From assembly GCF_006345805.1 (NCBI RefSeq), contig NC_043018.1, forward strand, positions 25,296,001 through 25,360,000: DNA of 64,000 nt, written 5' to 3'. Positions 14,952 through 26,910 of this stretch are shown one piece after another. Origin of the DNA: Octopus sinensis. Taxonomy: Eukaryota. The notes under the pieces are model-generated. The model saw nothing but the letters and a program-made list of their open reading frames with translations, was not told the origin of the DNA and searched no databases. How positions within the stretch are numbered: position 1 is the stretch's first letter; each line of letters begins with the position of its first letter. The translations under genes were made by a program, and so were the position numbers.

Positions 14952-15177
14952 GGTTCAGCAAAGATTTGCTTCATCACATACCAAAGTTTAGAAATAACAG
15001 TCAAAAAACCTTAGCTATTTCTTCTACTTTAAAAGGGACTCCCAGAAAAACCAAAGTACTTGAAAACAAGTACTTTGGTTTTTCTGGGAGTCCCTTTTAA
15101 AGTAGGAGAAATAGCTAAGGTTTCTTGACTGCTATTTCTAAACTTCGGTATGTGGTAAAGCAAATCTTTGCTGAACC
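14952..15177. repeat. Foldback hairpin, 111-bp arms, AAAA loop, in a TA-flanked element
   Basis: Arms symmetric about 15063-15066, with a few mismatches. Confidence 0.93.
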
Positions 15178-15303
15178 CTAATTATAAAGTATTACTTAAG
15201 CTTACCATGAAATGTTCTTTTTCATGCCGAATTCTACTTGGAGAAATTATTGATTACTTCGTAATTAATTAATTTTACCCTTTGTTATTATTATCTATAT
15301 ACT

Positions 15304-15337
<34 letters not shown>

Positions 15338-16286
15338 TAGGTGCAGGCGTGGCCGTGTGGTAAGGAGCTTACTTTCAACCACATGTTTCTGGGTTTAGTG
15401 CCTGCATGACACCTTGAGCAAGTACCTTCTACTATAGAACCAGGTCGACTAAAGCCTTGTAAGAGGATTTGGTAGACATTGTGTGTGTGAATGTGTTTGC
15501 CCCCAGCACTACCTGACAACCAGTGTCGGTTTGTTTATGTCCCTGTGACTGAGAAATTCAGTAAAAGAGACTTCTAGAATAAGTATCAGGCTTTAAAAAA
15601 AATGTGCAGAGGTTGATTTGTTTGAGAAAGAAACCCTTCAGGGCAGTGCCCCAGCATAACTACAGTCCAATGACTGAAACAAGTAAAAGGTAATATATAT
15701 ATATTCTTTTAATGGCTTTCACCACTTGACAGTTCTCATACTGGGGCAGCAGGGCCCTCAAGAGTATAGCCAATGACACCACCTTCCATTCGTTGATAGG
15801 TTCTTAATTCATTGACATCAGGAAAGAGAAAGGTAAAGTTCACCGTGGCAGGATTTAAAAATTAAATAATAAATATAAAAAACAGTAACCAAATGCCATC
15901 AGGTATATTTTGTTCACTTCTGCCAATCTCCCTCTATCGATACATATACATATATATATATGTATGTTTATGTGTATATGTAGGAGAGAGAGAGAGACAG
16001 GGGTGTATATAAGAAAATCTGAAAAGAAACCTGGAAATAAAGAGAGAGGGAGAGAGAGAAAGGAAACATGGTAACAACAAGGAAAATAAACTAAAGAATG
16101 TGGAGAAAGGAAAAAGGAATCAGACAGGTGTGAAAGTGGTACCAAGTTCAAAATTCAATGTTGTTCCTGTTAAACAGAGAGAGAGAAGGAAAGGGAGATC
16201 TCTCAGTGTAATCTGTAAAATAAAAAAGAGAAAATGTAATTTATATTGGGTGGGGAAAAAGAAGTGGGCAACAAGGCTAGGTTTAC

Positions 16287-16414
16287 CTGTCTCGATTTTT
16301 GGTAAGTAAAGATCGTTCAATTCCCTCCATCAAGTTCTCAAAACATTGTGCCATGGCTGGCTGTTTGTCTGCAGGTTGGCTGGAAATGATGCTGTCTTTC
16401 AGTTTATGGAAATA
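16287..16414 (-). CDS. XPO7: XPO7 exon 24, penultimate coding exon ([42 protein letters not shown]), phase 0/2
   Basis: ctttcag|TAT acceptor, AG|gtaaac donor, 128 nt. Confidence 0.96.
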
Positions 16415-16489
16415 CTGAAAGAGAATAAGAAGAAGAAGGAAATAAGAAAATATGCCAAAATAACAACTACATCTAAAAGAAATCAAAAT

Positions 16490-16845
16490 CAAAATCGATC
16501 AACATCAATGGAATTTGTAGCTGTGATTCCAGTGCCAGTGGCACGTAAGAGAACCATCCGAACGTGGCCGTAGCCAGCGCCGCCCTGACTAGCCTCTGTG
16601 CCGGTGGCACGTAAAAAGCACCATCCGATAGTGGCCGTTTACCAGCCTCGTCTGGCACCTCTGCCGGTGGCACGTAAAATGCACCCACTACACTCACGGA
16701 GTGGTTGGCGTTAGGAAGGGCATCCAGCTGTAGAAACACTGCCAGATCAGACTGGGCCTGGTGCAGCCTTCTGGCTTCCCAGACCCCAGTTGAACCGTCC
16801 AACCCATGCCAGCATGGAAAGCGGACGTTAAACGATGATGATAAT
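16490..16845 (+). mobile_element. SINE/LINE-tail family C with GTGGCACGTAAAAGCACC subrepeats and (GAT)n tail; other copies about 3255-3405(+), 20165-20420(-), 30145-30560(-), 33510-33990(-), 48445-48745(-)
   Basis: Shared ggcgttaggaagggcatccagctgtagaaac...ccatgccagcatggaaagcggacgttaaacgatgatg in many copies. Confidence 0.85.
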
Positions 16846-17189
16846 CTACAACATTACCAAAACCTTTATTACCATTGGGAGCACAACCAATGATGACAAT
16901 CATCACCACAGCCACTGACATGAGACCAGTGGCAGCATCACTGTAGATCTCATTCATAATCAGGGTAGGAGAGGTTTTGGCACAGCTGGTTTGGCGCCAC
17001 CAATTTGGCATTGCTGATCTGACACTGACATGTTTGACATTATAGGGTTTAATATTTCTCTCATCCTTTTCCCCACTTCCCACTGGTTCTCTTCAACTCC
17101 ATCATCTTCTCTTTCTCTGTTTTATGCATGTAAGCATATTTCTTCTCTTCACGTGTACAAAGAGACAGAAAGTGTTTATGCCAATTATG

Positions 17190-17582
17190 GTGGCGAGCTG
17201 GCAGAAACATTAGCAACGCCAGGCGAAATGCTTAGCGGTATTTCGCCTGCCGTTACGACTTTGCCTTTCATCCTTTCAGGGTCGATTAAATAAGTACCAG
17301 TTACGTACTGGGGTCGATGTAATCGACTTAATCCATTTGTCTGTCCTTGTTTGCCCTCTCTGTGTCTGTGTTTAGCCCCTTCTGGGTAGTAAAGAAATAG
17401 GTATTTCGTCTGCCGTTACGTTGTGAGTTCAAATTCTGCCGAGGTCGACTTCGCCTTTCATCCTTTCGGGGTCGATTAAATAAGTACCAGTTACGCACTG
17501 GAGTCGATGTAATCGACTTAATCCATTTGTCTGTCCTTGTTTGCCCTCTCTGTGTTTAGCCCCTTCTGGGTAGTAAAGAAAT
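17190..17582 (+). mobile_element. SINE family B with internally duplicated 3' half, flanked by a 24-bp direct repeat; other copies about 31291-31520, 32099-32323, 39575-39805, 45255-45480 (+) and 10695-10935, 20690-20890, 45010-45220, 49850-50060, 62510-62710 (-)
   Basis: ggcgagctggcagaaacgttagc...gagttcaaattc...cctttcatcctttcggggtcgat...aagtaccag consensus; flanks cagaaa(g/c)tgtttatgccaattatg at 17166-17189 and 17583-17606. Confidence 0.88.
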
Positions 17583-18149
17583 CAGAAACTGTTTATGCCA
17601 ATTATGTTCAATTTATAAATTGTAGTGTCACTCTCTGTCTCACTCAATCTTTCTCTGTGTGTGCGCGCACACACACACATGTGCATGTGTTAGCCTCCAG
17701 TGCCGAAACAGACATGTCATCCAATCAGTGGTGCAAAACTCCCAGCATCTAAACAACTTCCCCGATCGTCTCAATCAGTCTTAATCACAACCAAAACTAT
17801 GCAGTCCATCTGTAAAGCCCCCCACTGTAATCACCACCAGAGCCACAGCTCCTCACCTATCAATCAAGCAACACCTATAGAGCGATTCACTATCAAACCA
17901 GTAAGCTAAGATAGAACCAACCAGTTTTTCACACACACACAGGTGAGGATGGAGATGGCTCCTTTGTGGGGACAACTGATTTTACAGCTGAGCCATAAGG
18001 ATACACAAGAAATAGATTTTCTTAAATGCCCTGGAGGTGGATAGTATCTGTTGCTAGATTTTTGCTAGAGTAAAAATAGGCTGGGCATAATTCAATGAGC
18101 TATTACACTGTGTAACATGATATTTGTTCTTGGGGAGCAACTGCTATAT

Positions 18150-18625
18150 CCCTGGCCACACTGCGGTCATCACTCTGTGACCAGACATTGTCCTCATGCC
18201 TGAGTCCACCAAGCAAGTGGTGCTGTTGGAGCTGACTGTCCCATGGGAAGATCACCGAGAAGAAGCTCTCCAAGTACGCGGGTCTGGTCAGTGGCTGCCA
18301 GCGGGCTGGTTGGAGAGGAAGGGTGTCTCCCAGTGGAGGTTGGATGCAGGGGTTTCACAGCCCACTCCCTGACCAGAGCCTTCAGCAGTTTGGGCAACGA
18401 GGGAATGAGAAGGAGGAATGCCATCTGCAGGACCACCGATGCGGCAGAGAGGGCCTCAAGATTGCTGTGGATCAAAAGAGGAGAGCCGTGGGGTAGCTAG
18501 CTGGCCATCTGGACACAAGCTGGGGTCTGATCAGCCCCAGCTGGGTCACCTGGAGGAGAGTGTATAATGTTGAAAGACCCAAAACGCCCGATGATACTAG
18601 GCACATCACTAAAGATGTGTCCAGA
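18150..18625 (+). mobile_element. 3' fragment of an early-branching non-LTR retrotransposon with restriction-like endonuclease (HERO-like)
   Basis: Frameshifted translation PDIVL...VVLLELTVPWE...KKLSKY...PVEVGCRGF...AAERASRLLWIKR, then a 3' UTR; locally GC-rich. Confidence 0.75.
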
Positions 18626-19159
18626 TGCATCAGTCATTGATGTATGTTCACAACACTGTATAACATGATTTTTGTCCTTGGGTAGCAAATGTTATTTCCA
18701 ATTTGATTACCTCTACAAAGTATGAAAAATGGCTAATATTTCGTTCAAACTTTGCTTTTATTACATTTATTCAAACCCCAAAGAATCCCTCTCAACACAT
18801 GGCTACTATGCTCTCCCACTACTCCTGCTCATGATTAGAGATGCACATATTGTTAGCCACTAAGGGACATGCTCAAGTGGTTACGGTCAAGGCAAATGAC
18901 AAGCAGATCTGTGGTATTGAGCAGAATATTTGCTATAACGATATTTCTGTTTCGGCAACTCAGTGCTGAATCTATCTGAAATGTAATGGAAAATAGGTCA
19001 GTTCCAAAACATTGATGTTCAGGTCACAAAAGCAAAGTCTGAAAGGAATAGTAGTCACTTCCTTTGATTTCTGAATAGAAGCAAATAGGAAATAACACTT
19101 ACCAACCAAAGACAAAAAATTTTTTTTTAGTTTGTTATAGCATTATTTCTCCTGGCAAT

Positions 19160-19370
19160 GAAAGGTCTGTCCCTCTCAGAGTAAAAGGCAGATTGTATGA
19201 TGTTTGTACACAAACAGCAATGCTACATGGTGCTAAGACAGGAGCCCAGAAGGTAGAGGACATGTGAAGACTTGAGAGGAATGAAGATAGTATACACCTG
19301 TGCAATATCAGTGCAGATGTGTTAATGTAATGAATGGCAATGGAGGTCCAGTGGGGTAAAACAGGAAACA
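19160..19370 (+). mobile_element. RTE-clade LINE fragment
   Basis: VKGRLYDVCTQTAMLHGAKT, typical of the RTE C-terminal region. Confidence 0.6.
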
Positions 19371-19612
19371 AAGGGGTCCAGAAGTAAAAAAAAATAGTTG
19401 AGAACCACTATTGCACATCACCCCTCCATTACTTTCTAAGCCACTTCTACACCTCTCATCTTGTCCCCTGCTCACCATACTGACGTTTCCCAAACTACAC
19501 CTCCACCCTTCTTCATCTCTCACTATACCGTCTATGTACAACTAACTGCTATGATGTGTTGACCAATTCCAAAGCAAATGACATAGCAACAAACCAAAAT
19601 GAATTTACTTAC

Positions 19613-19711
19613 ATCTTCATTCAGCAAGATAAGGCCCAGGAGAGGCCGGGACATGGACCACTGATTACGACAGTCTTCAAACATGATAATATTTAGAACG
19701 GTTGATAACAT
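19613..19711 (-). CDS. XPO7: XPO7 exon 23 ([33 protein letters not shown]), phase 0/0
   Basis: gtttcag|ATG acceptor, GAT|gtaag donor, 99 nt. Confidence 0.97.
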
Positions 19712-19886
19712 CTGAAACAGAAGAACACAACAGACAGTTGAGGTGAGATCTCTATAAATTACAGTCATTTAATTTTATTCACTCTGGAACGATGAAAAAC
19801 AAAGATTATCTTAACAGAATTTGAAGCACTGCTAACATAACACACACACATATATATATATAGACATAATCAAGAAGTTTTCTCAC

Positions 19887-20047
19887 CTGTTGTAAAATTT
19901 CTGGATGGACTTCAAGGATTCTGAGGAATGCTTCACTGTCTCGTATGCTGGTCGGGTGGTTTTTCTTTTTCTTTCGAGTTAGACGTCGAAATAGATATGT
20001 AACAATATTGTCAAGTATTGCACAACAGCCTGTACACACCATAGTGT
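19887..20047 (-). CDS. XPO7: XPO7 exon 22 (DTMVCTGCCAILDNIVTYLFRRLTRKKKKNHPTSIRDSEAFLRILEVHPEILQQ), phase 1/0
   Basis: aatatttag|AC acceptor, CAG|gtgag donor, 161 nt. Confidence 0.96.
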
Positions 20048-21712
20048 CTAAATATTGCAATTAGAAACACAGAACATGTATATATATATATATGTGATAA
20101 CAATACATATTGCCAAGTATTACATAACAAAATCAGTACAAACTACACATACCATAATGTGATTCATCATCATCATCGTTCGTCCATTTTCGATGATAGC
20201 ATGGGCTGGACGGTTCAACTGGGGTCTGGGAAGCCAGAAGGCTCCACCAGGCCCAGTCTGATCTGGCAGTGTTTCTAAAGGTGGATGCCCTTCCTAACGC
20301 CAACCACTCCATGAGTGTAGTGGGTGCTTTTTACGTGCCACCTGCACAGATGCCAGACGAGGCTGGCAACGGCCACCGGCACTGGTATCACAGCTACAAT
20401 TTCCATTGATGTTGATCGATTTCAATTAGAAATAATAATAATAATCCTTTTTATTATAAGCACAAGACCTGAAATTTGGGGGGCAGGGGTTAAATCGATT
20501 ACACCAACCCAGAATACAACTGGAACTTAATTCATCAACCCTGAGAGGATAAAAGGCAAAGTCGACCTCAGCTGAGTTTGAACTCAGAAAGTCAAGGTTG
20601 ATGAAATACTGCTAAGCATTTCTACCAGCGTTCTAATGGTTCTGCAAGCTCACCACTTTTATAATAATAACAATAATGCTTTCTACTATAGGCACAAGGC
20701 CTGAAATTTGGGGGAGGGGGACAGTCGATTACTTCGACCCCAGTGTATAACTGATACTTAGTTTATCGACCTCGGAGAGATGAAAGACAAAGTTGACCCC
20801 AGCAGAATTTGAACTCAGAATGTAGTGGCAGACAAAATACCGCTAAGCATTTCGCCTGGCATGCTAACGCTTCTTCCAGCTTGCCATCTTTATAATAATA
20901 ATAATAATAATAATACAACAGAAGGTGTTGAGGCCACATACCCCAATCAAGAGGATTAGCCCGAAAGTGTTCTGTGCCGGCGCCATGTAAAAGGCACTCA
21001 CGCCAGTGCCACATTCGCAGGGGTTGTGCAGGAGGTATGTCAAAAGCACCCAGCACACATTGTAAAGCGGTCAGCATTAGGAAGAGCATTCAGACGTAGA
21101 AACCAAGACAAATCAGACTGAAACCTGATGCAGCTTCCAAGTTGTGGTCAAACCATCAAACCCATACCAGCATGGAAAATGGTTGTTAAAGAATGATAAT
21201 GATGATGAATACAATACTGCCAAGAATTACATAACCAAGTCAGTACAAACTACGCACACCATAGTGTCTGAATATTGCAATTAGAAATATAGAACATATA
21301 TATATATATATTCCGGCAGGGGGTGGTGGCGATCCCTGCTGTACTTTTTCGCCACAACTTTCTCTCACTCTTTCTTTTGTTGGCCCGCTTGCTTAGCCAG
21401 CGGGGTGGCGTCACTTGAAGGCTAAAACAATGCGAAGCGCATTGTGACCAGCGATGTGTAACAACATCTGATAGCCTGGTCGTATTTGATGGCCTACAAG
21501 ATGTACCCTAGCCTGGGCTATACTTTTGTAAAATACATTACTACTAAAATAATGTTTTAATTCCTCCACATACCTGTATAACATTGTTATTACCGGTAAT
21601 TATAAGCAATTTATTGCATCCACATTCGATATAAAGCTAAACAACAATCAGAAAAAAATATAAGACATCCAACAACAACAACAACAACACGAACACCATT
21701 AACAAAACCTAC

Positions 21713-21851
21713 CTAAAGCAGTTAGTCCCTCAGATATTGTTGAAAGAATGTAGAGAAAGACTTGCGGTTCCAAGTTGCTGATAAACATCATGTGATCTTG
21801 AGCAAGGCATTCTAGCAATGCGTAATAGTTTTGGCTGAGTTTTGGATAATC
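21713..21851 (-). CDS. XPO7: XPO7 exon 21 ([46 protein letters not shown]), phase 0/1
   Basis: atattag|GAT acceptor, G|gtagg donor, 139 nt. Confidence 0.96.
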
Positions 21852-22749
21852 CTAATATTATAAGAAGAAAAAATTTTTCAAATTAAAAAAAAAACATCTA
21901 TAAAACTTATACAGGTAATATTATGTGTATACTGTAACTGCTTCCCCATTCTGTGAGAGAGAAGCAAGAAATATTTGACCAAGATTACTCAAATGTTAGC
22001 AAATGAAAATAAAAGAAAATGGTTTTTCCACAATGGCAATTCAAATGTGCAACAAATAAAAGAAAAAATGTTTGCCAATTAGTTTGTTTAACAAAGTTCT
22101 GACTATAGCTGAGGTTTTAATGAAGGAGAACAGGAAATTTATTAAAAAATTTCAATCTCTAGTGTAATGTGCCAATTAAAATGATCAGCAAATGCAAAAA
22201 AGAAAAAAAAAGAATCTTGCTTAAGATGAGTTGTACAAAAATGAGTGTTCTAACATTTCAGATCTTATGTAAAATATTACAATTCCTCTTTCTTAAACCC
22301 TTTTTGGTCAAATGTATTGCTTATTTATCTCCATTGTTTTGAATGAATCACACATTATTTTGCTACTTCAAGATTTCAATGGTGTGTTTGTCTATTTTTA
22401 GGGTGACATTGTAGGGTAGGTTTGAGAAGTTGGGTCTGGTCAGCTTTAACATAAAACATGTAGAATTTTTTGGCCAGATTAAATGCTAAGGGGTTAAAAG
22501 TTAACAAAATATTTTCTTTTACCAATTTCTACTGTTTTTCTTGCCAATAAAGACCATTATTATATTCTACTGGTTTAGGCATTTATTCTCTCTCCCTCTC
22601 TCCTTTTAGAAACTTAATGAACTGAGTTTTCTAATATGCACAAAGCTTCCAGAATCTGTTCACATATTTCATAATACATCATTGGTACAGTTATTAAACT
22701 TTGATATAAGTTAAGTTAATTTTTTGGCTCAAAAAGCAAAAAGCAAGGC

Positions 22750-23005
22750 CATGTAGGAGGACATGGAGTTATGTACAGGGAGGGTGTTCATGCAAAGAGT
22801 TCAGGCCATTTCTGGTCAAGAGAGACATTGAACCAAGCGGTCGTCGGCATCTTCACTATCTCGTCTGGCAGCTGATTCCACGGATCCACAACCCGGACGG
22901 AGAAAGCCCCTCTCCTTCAACTGAGATGAAATCGTCGCAGATAGAGCTTTTCGGAGTGACCCCACATCCGACGCTCTGGAGCAGGAGTGAAGAACAGCTC
23001 ATCAA
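22750..23005 (-). mobile_element. CR1/L2-clade LINE 3' fragment
   Basis: Minus-strand GAFSVRVVDPWNQLPDEIVK, the 'FSxRVVxxWNxLP' terminal motif. Confidence 0.7.
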
Positions 23006-23172
23006 CATGTACTTATTCTAAATCACTGATATCACACAACTGGTGTGTGGTAGACAGGGATATACTGAAAACAAAAAACATTTGGTATCAAGTAGTTGTA
23101 CACACATTTCCTCTCTCTCTCTCACATACATAGACAAATATACTCAGATCTGATGAAAAGGGAATCACTTAC

Positions 23173-23332
23173 CAAAAGATCATTCTGTGGTATGGATAAT
23201 AACAACTTGACAAACATTGCTAAAGCATTATCAAGGGCATCATCACCATAAAGCCTGAACACACCAAAATTTACATAGTTTCCACACAGGGCTGCCTTCA
23301 ACATTGAAAAACATATGGAAATTCCTTTTAAT
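23173..23332 (-). CDS. XPO7: XPO7 exon 20 ([54 protein letters not shown]), phase 2/0
   Basis: AC acceptor, TTG|gtaag donor, 160 nt. Confidence 0.96.
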
Positions 23333-24902
23333 GTGGGAGACAAAGAGTTAAGGATAACACAGTGACAGTTTGATGATTAAATACACAAGGTATCAGCTGA
23401 TGTGAAACATTTACTGGTACCATAAAGGTTAGCAGCTCCAAAGACTATATAAGAAAACACAAAATCTACAGGACACGTTTCATGAAAGCCAAACCCAATA
23501 CCTCATTTAACAGCACCCCTAGTCTTAGGGTGCCTTTAGTACTCTGTACTCTTCACCAGCAATTACAGCCTTTGTAGGTATAGTAGAGATCATCATCATC
23601 GTTTAACGTCCGTTTTCCATGCAAACATGGGTTGGACAATGTATGCACATATATGCAGCGCTATGCGTGTCGAAAGTTTTCTACGGCCAGATGCCCTTAC
23701 TGACGCCAACCCCCACTTGTTGCCAAGCGAAGTAGTTTTTCCCTCTCTCTCTTTCAGAGAGGCACTGAGCAGCTATACACACACGACAGTAGCTCTCGCC
23801 TACCGAATTCAATCACAAAGCTTCGGTCGGCTCAGGGCTATAGTGGAAGACACCTACCCAAAGTGCCACGCAGTGGGACTGAACCTGAAACCATGTAGCT
23901 AGGAAGCAAGCTCCCTAACCACACAGCCATGCCCAGATGATGATGATAATAATAATAATAATAAATGTCCTGATGCTTAACCAGGCAGTGGCTCTCATAG
24001 CTTCTGATCTTAACTGATTATATTGTACGTTGTTTTGTCTTGGTATAAAAGATGGGGTACAGCAAATATTTTTCTCAATACCACAGATTTGCTTGTCAGT
24101 TGAGTGTGTCCTTTTGTGGCTGACGATATGTGCATCTCTGATCATGAGCAGAAGTAGTGGGGGAGCATCATAGCCATGTGTTGAGAGAGATTCTTTCAGG
24201 TTTGGACAATTCACCTCTGGAAGCATGGGTGTTTTGTTCAACATCCTCAAACAAACCTTATTCAGGGACCATTTGAGTGGGATGGGCTACTCGACCTGAA
24301 AAAGATTCTGATAGGGCCCCACCTGCAAGGTCATGTGCTGTTTATCTTGATATAAGATCACCATGTCATGCACTTATGGTTGTGATGCATGTGCCTCGTG
24401 TACCCTTATCAGACGGGTAGTTATGATGGGTATACTGGGCTTCATATGTTTTTACCCAGTGTCACTTTGATGGCATGCACTGTTCTCTCACTCAATAATA
24501 ATAATAATGGCGATGACGATGACAACGACGACGATGAATGGTGCAGCAGCAGACAAAAATGCCTTGCAATAATTTAGTTGCAACCCTTTGCATTCCAAGT
24601 TCAATTCATGTGAGAGCCAGCTTTGCTTTTACTCCACTAGGGGTTGATTTCAGTAACAATAACCTAATCCTCTCACAAAATGTTTGATCTTTGAGCATGT
24701 GTTACAAAACAATTATTATGAAAAAAAAACGAAGTGCCATCTATCCCTATATCAAGACAGATTATAACACAGGGGTTCCCTGTCAAACACCATCAGGCTC
24801 CTAAAGCCGTAAGCTCTATGTAAACTGCAAACAATAATATGCTTCAAAAGGGTCAACTTGGGAAATTATGGTGAAGTTTTTATATTTCACATGAAAGGAT
24901 AT
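23333..24902 (-). other. U12-type AT-AC intron, 1570 nt
   Basis: 5' ATATCCTTT; branch TCCTTAAC at 23347-23354; ends ...ctcccAC; restores M-AA|A-LKG (MKLKG). Confidence 0.95.
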
Positions 24903-24957
24903 TTCATAGGGTACAATTGATCCTTGGGAATATCACCAATAGAAAGGATTCGTTCAC
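24903..24957 (-). CDS. XPO7: XPO7 exon 19 (GERILSIGDIPKDQLYPM), phase 1/2; followed by AT-AC intron
   Basis: atttccag|GT acceptor, AA|ATATCCTTTC donor, 55 nt. Confidence 0.94.
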
Positions 24958-26135
24958 CTGGAAATAACAAAGAGATAAAAAAAAATATTATTTTAAATAA
25001 ATAAGTTACATATAGGTTTCCATTAAGTAATTAATATTTGCAATTTCTTATAATTATTTTATTGATTTCTTTCATTGGGCATTAGCTATACTGGAGTTCA
25101 CTTTGATCAGACCCAAATATTTCAGGTTGGTAACTTAGTTTATTAATCTTTGTGTGTCAAATTACAAAGTTAAAGGACACAGACATAAATACACACATAC
25201 ATACATATATAAGTTAAGAGACACATAGAAACACAGACAAACACAAATACATACATATACACATATATATATAAGTTAATATTTAAGTGCTCATAGGACG
25301 CCGACAAAGCACGTTCACTGTCTATGGCTACCTGGTGTTGTCTGCGGTAATGACACAATTGTCGCTGGATCTGCCTCAGGAATTCCTCGGTGTCTGTTGA
25401 GTATGAAACAAATGATAGGGATGGAAAAGGGAATACTCGGGGAAACCTTATTGCTCACAATGATCATTTCAACACATCCTGCATCAATCCCTAGCTGGTG
25501 GGAAACTATATAGCTAGTTGTGGTGCATCCTTCAGGTCTCATCAGGTGATGTAACAAGAGATGTCTCATTAAATGAACTTTGTTTCATTCAGGTTTAAGT
25601 ATTGGGCAGGAATGGCAAGAGACAGATTCCATTGGAAAGTTATAGAACTAGGCAGGGAGTAATTAAGAAAAATAATAATAATAATAATAAATATAAAATG
25701 TACAATAAAGTAAAACATCAGTACCCAGATATAGTTACTTCGGCATTCATGTATCCCAACCCAAAATTATATGAGTCACAATTAGATGAGGAGCTGTCCT
25801 GATGACTAAATCACTTGATCGTAAATTAAAATCTTTGTGTTGGGCCTCTGACCAAGGCCCTAAATCTCTGCTCACGGTCTGGCTGACAGAAAAATAAGAG
25901 AAATTAAAAGGCAGATTGGACTTCCTACTTCACTGCTGAGTGTTTAGTGACAGAAGAAAGGTCATCCACCAAACTGGAAGAAAAACAAAACGACGGATCC
26001 AATAGAACCGTCCCTTTCATGCAAACATCATAAAATGGAGGAGGAGAAGGAGTGAAAATAAAAAAGACAATAAATAAATAAACAGAATAAACAAATTGAG
26101 AGACATTGATGGAATGTTTAAGAGGAAATACTCAC

Positions 26136-26218
26136 CATAACTAACAACAATTTTGCTAATTTCTCTAAACAATAACACGCCATTTGGAGAAGAAACATCA
26201 AACTGTAACCGCTGTGAG
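26136..26218 (-). CDS. XPO7: XPO7 exon 18 ([28 protein letters not shown]), phase 2/1
   Basis: gttttcag|C acceptor, G|gtgag donor, 83 nt. Confidence 0.96.
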
Positions 26219-26619
26219 CTGAAAACAACATTCAGACAGGGATTTTGAAAACAAGAAATTTATTAATTTAAGGAAATTAAATATATAAAAAAACAAAAAC
26301 AGTTAAGATTATAAATTTTCAGAACTATTAACCTCTCATCGTTATCTCATTATCATAATTTTTATGCAGGTTCGTCAAGGCATGAATTGGATTCTGCTCA
26401 ATACCACAGACTTGTTTGACAGTAATCGCTTGACATGACCCTTAGTGGCTGGCAATATGTGTATTTCTGATCATGAGCAGAAGTAGTTGGGGAGCATCAT
26501 AACCATATCTTGAGTAAGATTCTCTGGGGGTTGGATAAAGGTAACAAAAGCAAGAGTCGAAGGAAATATTAGCCACTTTTCCTATTTTCTAAGGGTAAAA
26601 GGGTTCAATATACATGAGG

Positions 26620-26910
26620 TACATTTGAAGGATCTTGGGAATAAGAAGTTCGCAATTGCCCCAGCTCCCTTTCAGGGTTGGCGAAAGCGATGTGGTGGAC
26701 AACGAAAAACCTGGCTGATGACAGTCAAGGCTGATCTGGAACCCAACCTAGGCCCCCCTATCTATGGCGTTCGCCGCTGGAATAAGAGTGGTTGGAGATC
26801 ACGCGGTCGTTAGCCTCAAATTGCCAGGCCTGGTCGGCGTTTGTGAGAGATGCAGCACTGAGGATGAATGAAGCCAGCTCAACCCACCCCGGGTGAATGC
26901 TGTAAGAAGA
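26620..26910 (+). mobile_element. RTE-like LINE 3' end with (GAA)n tail
   Basis: GGQRKTWLMTVKADL...GVRRWNK, then gccagctcaacccaccccgggtgaatg; the same tail occurs at about 51985-52030. Confidence 0.7.
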
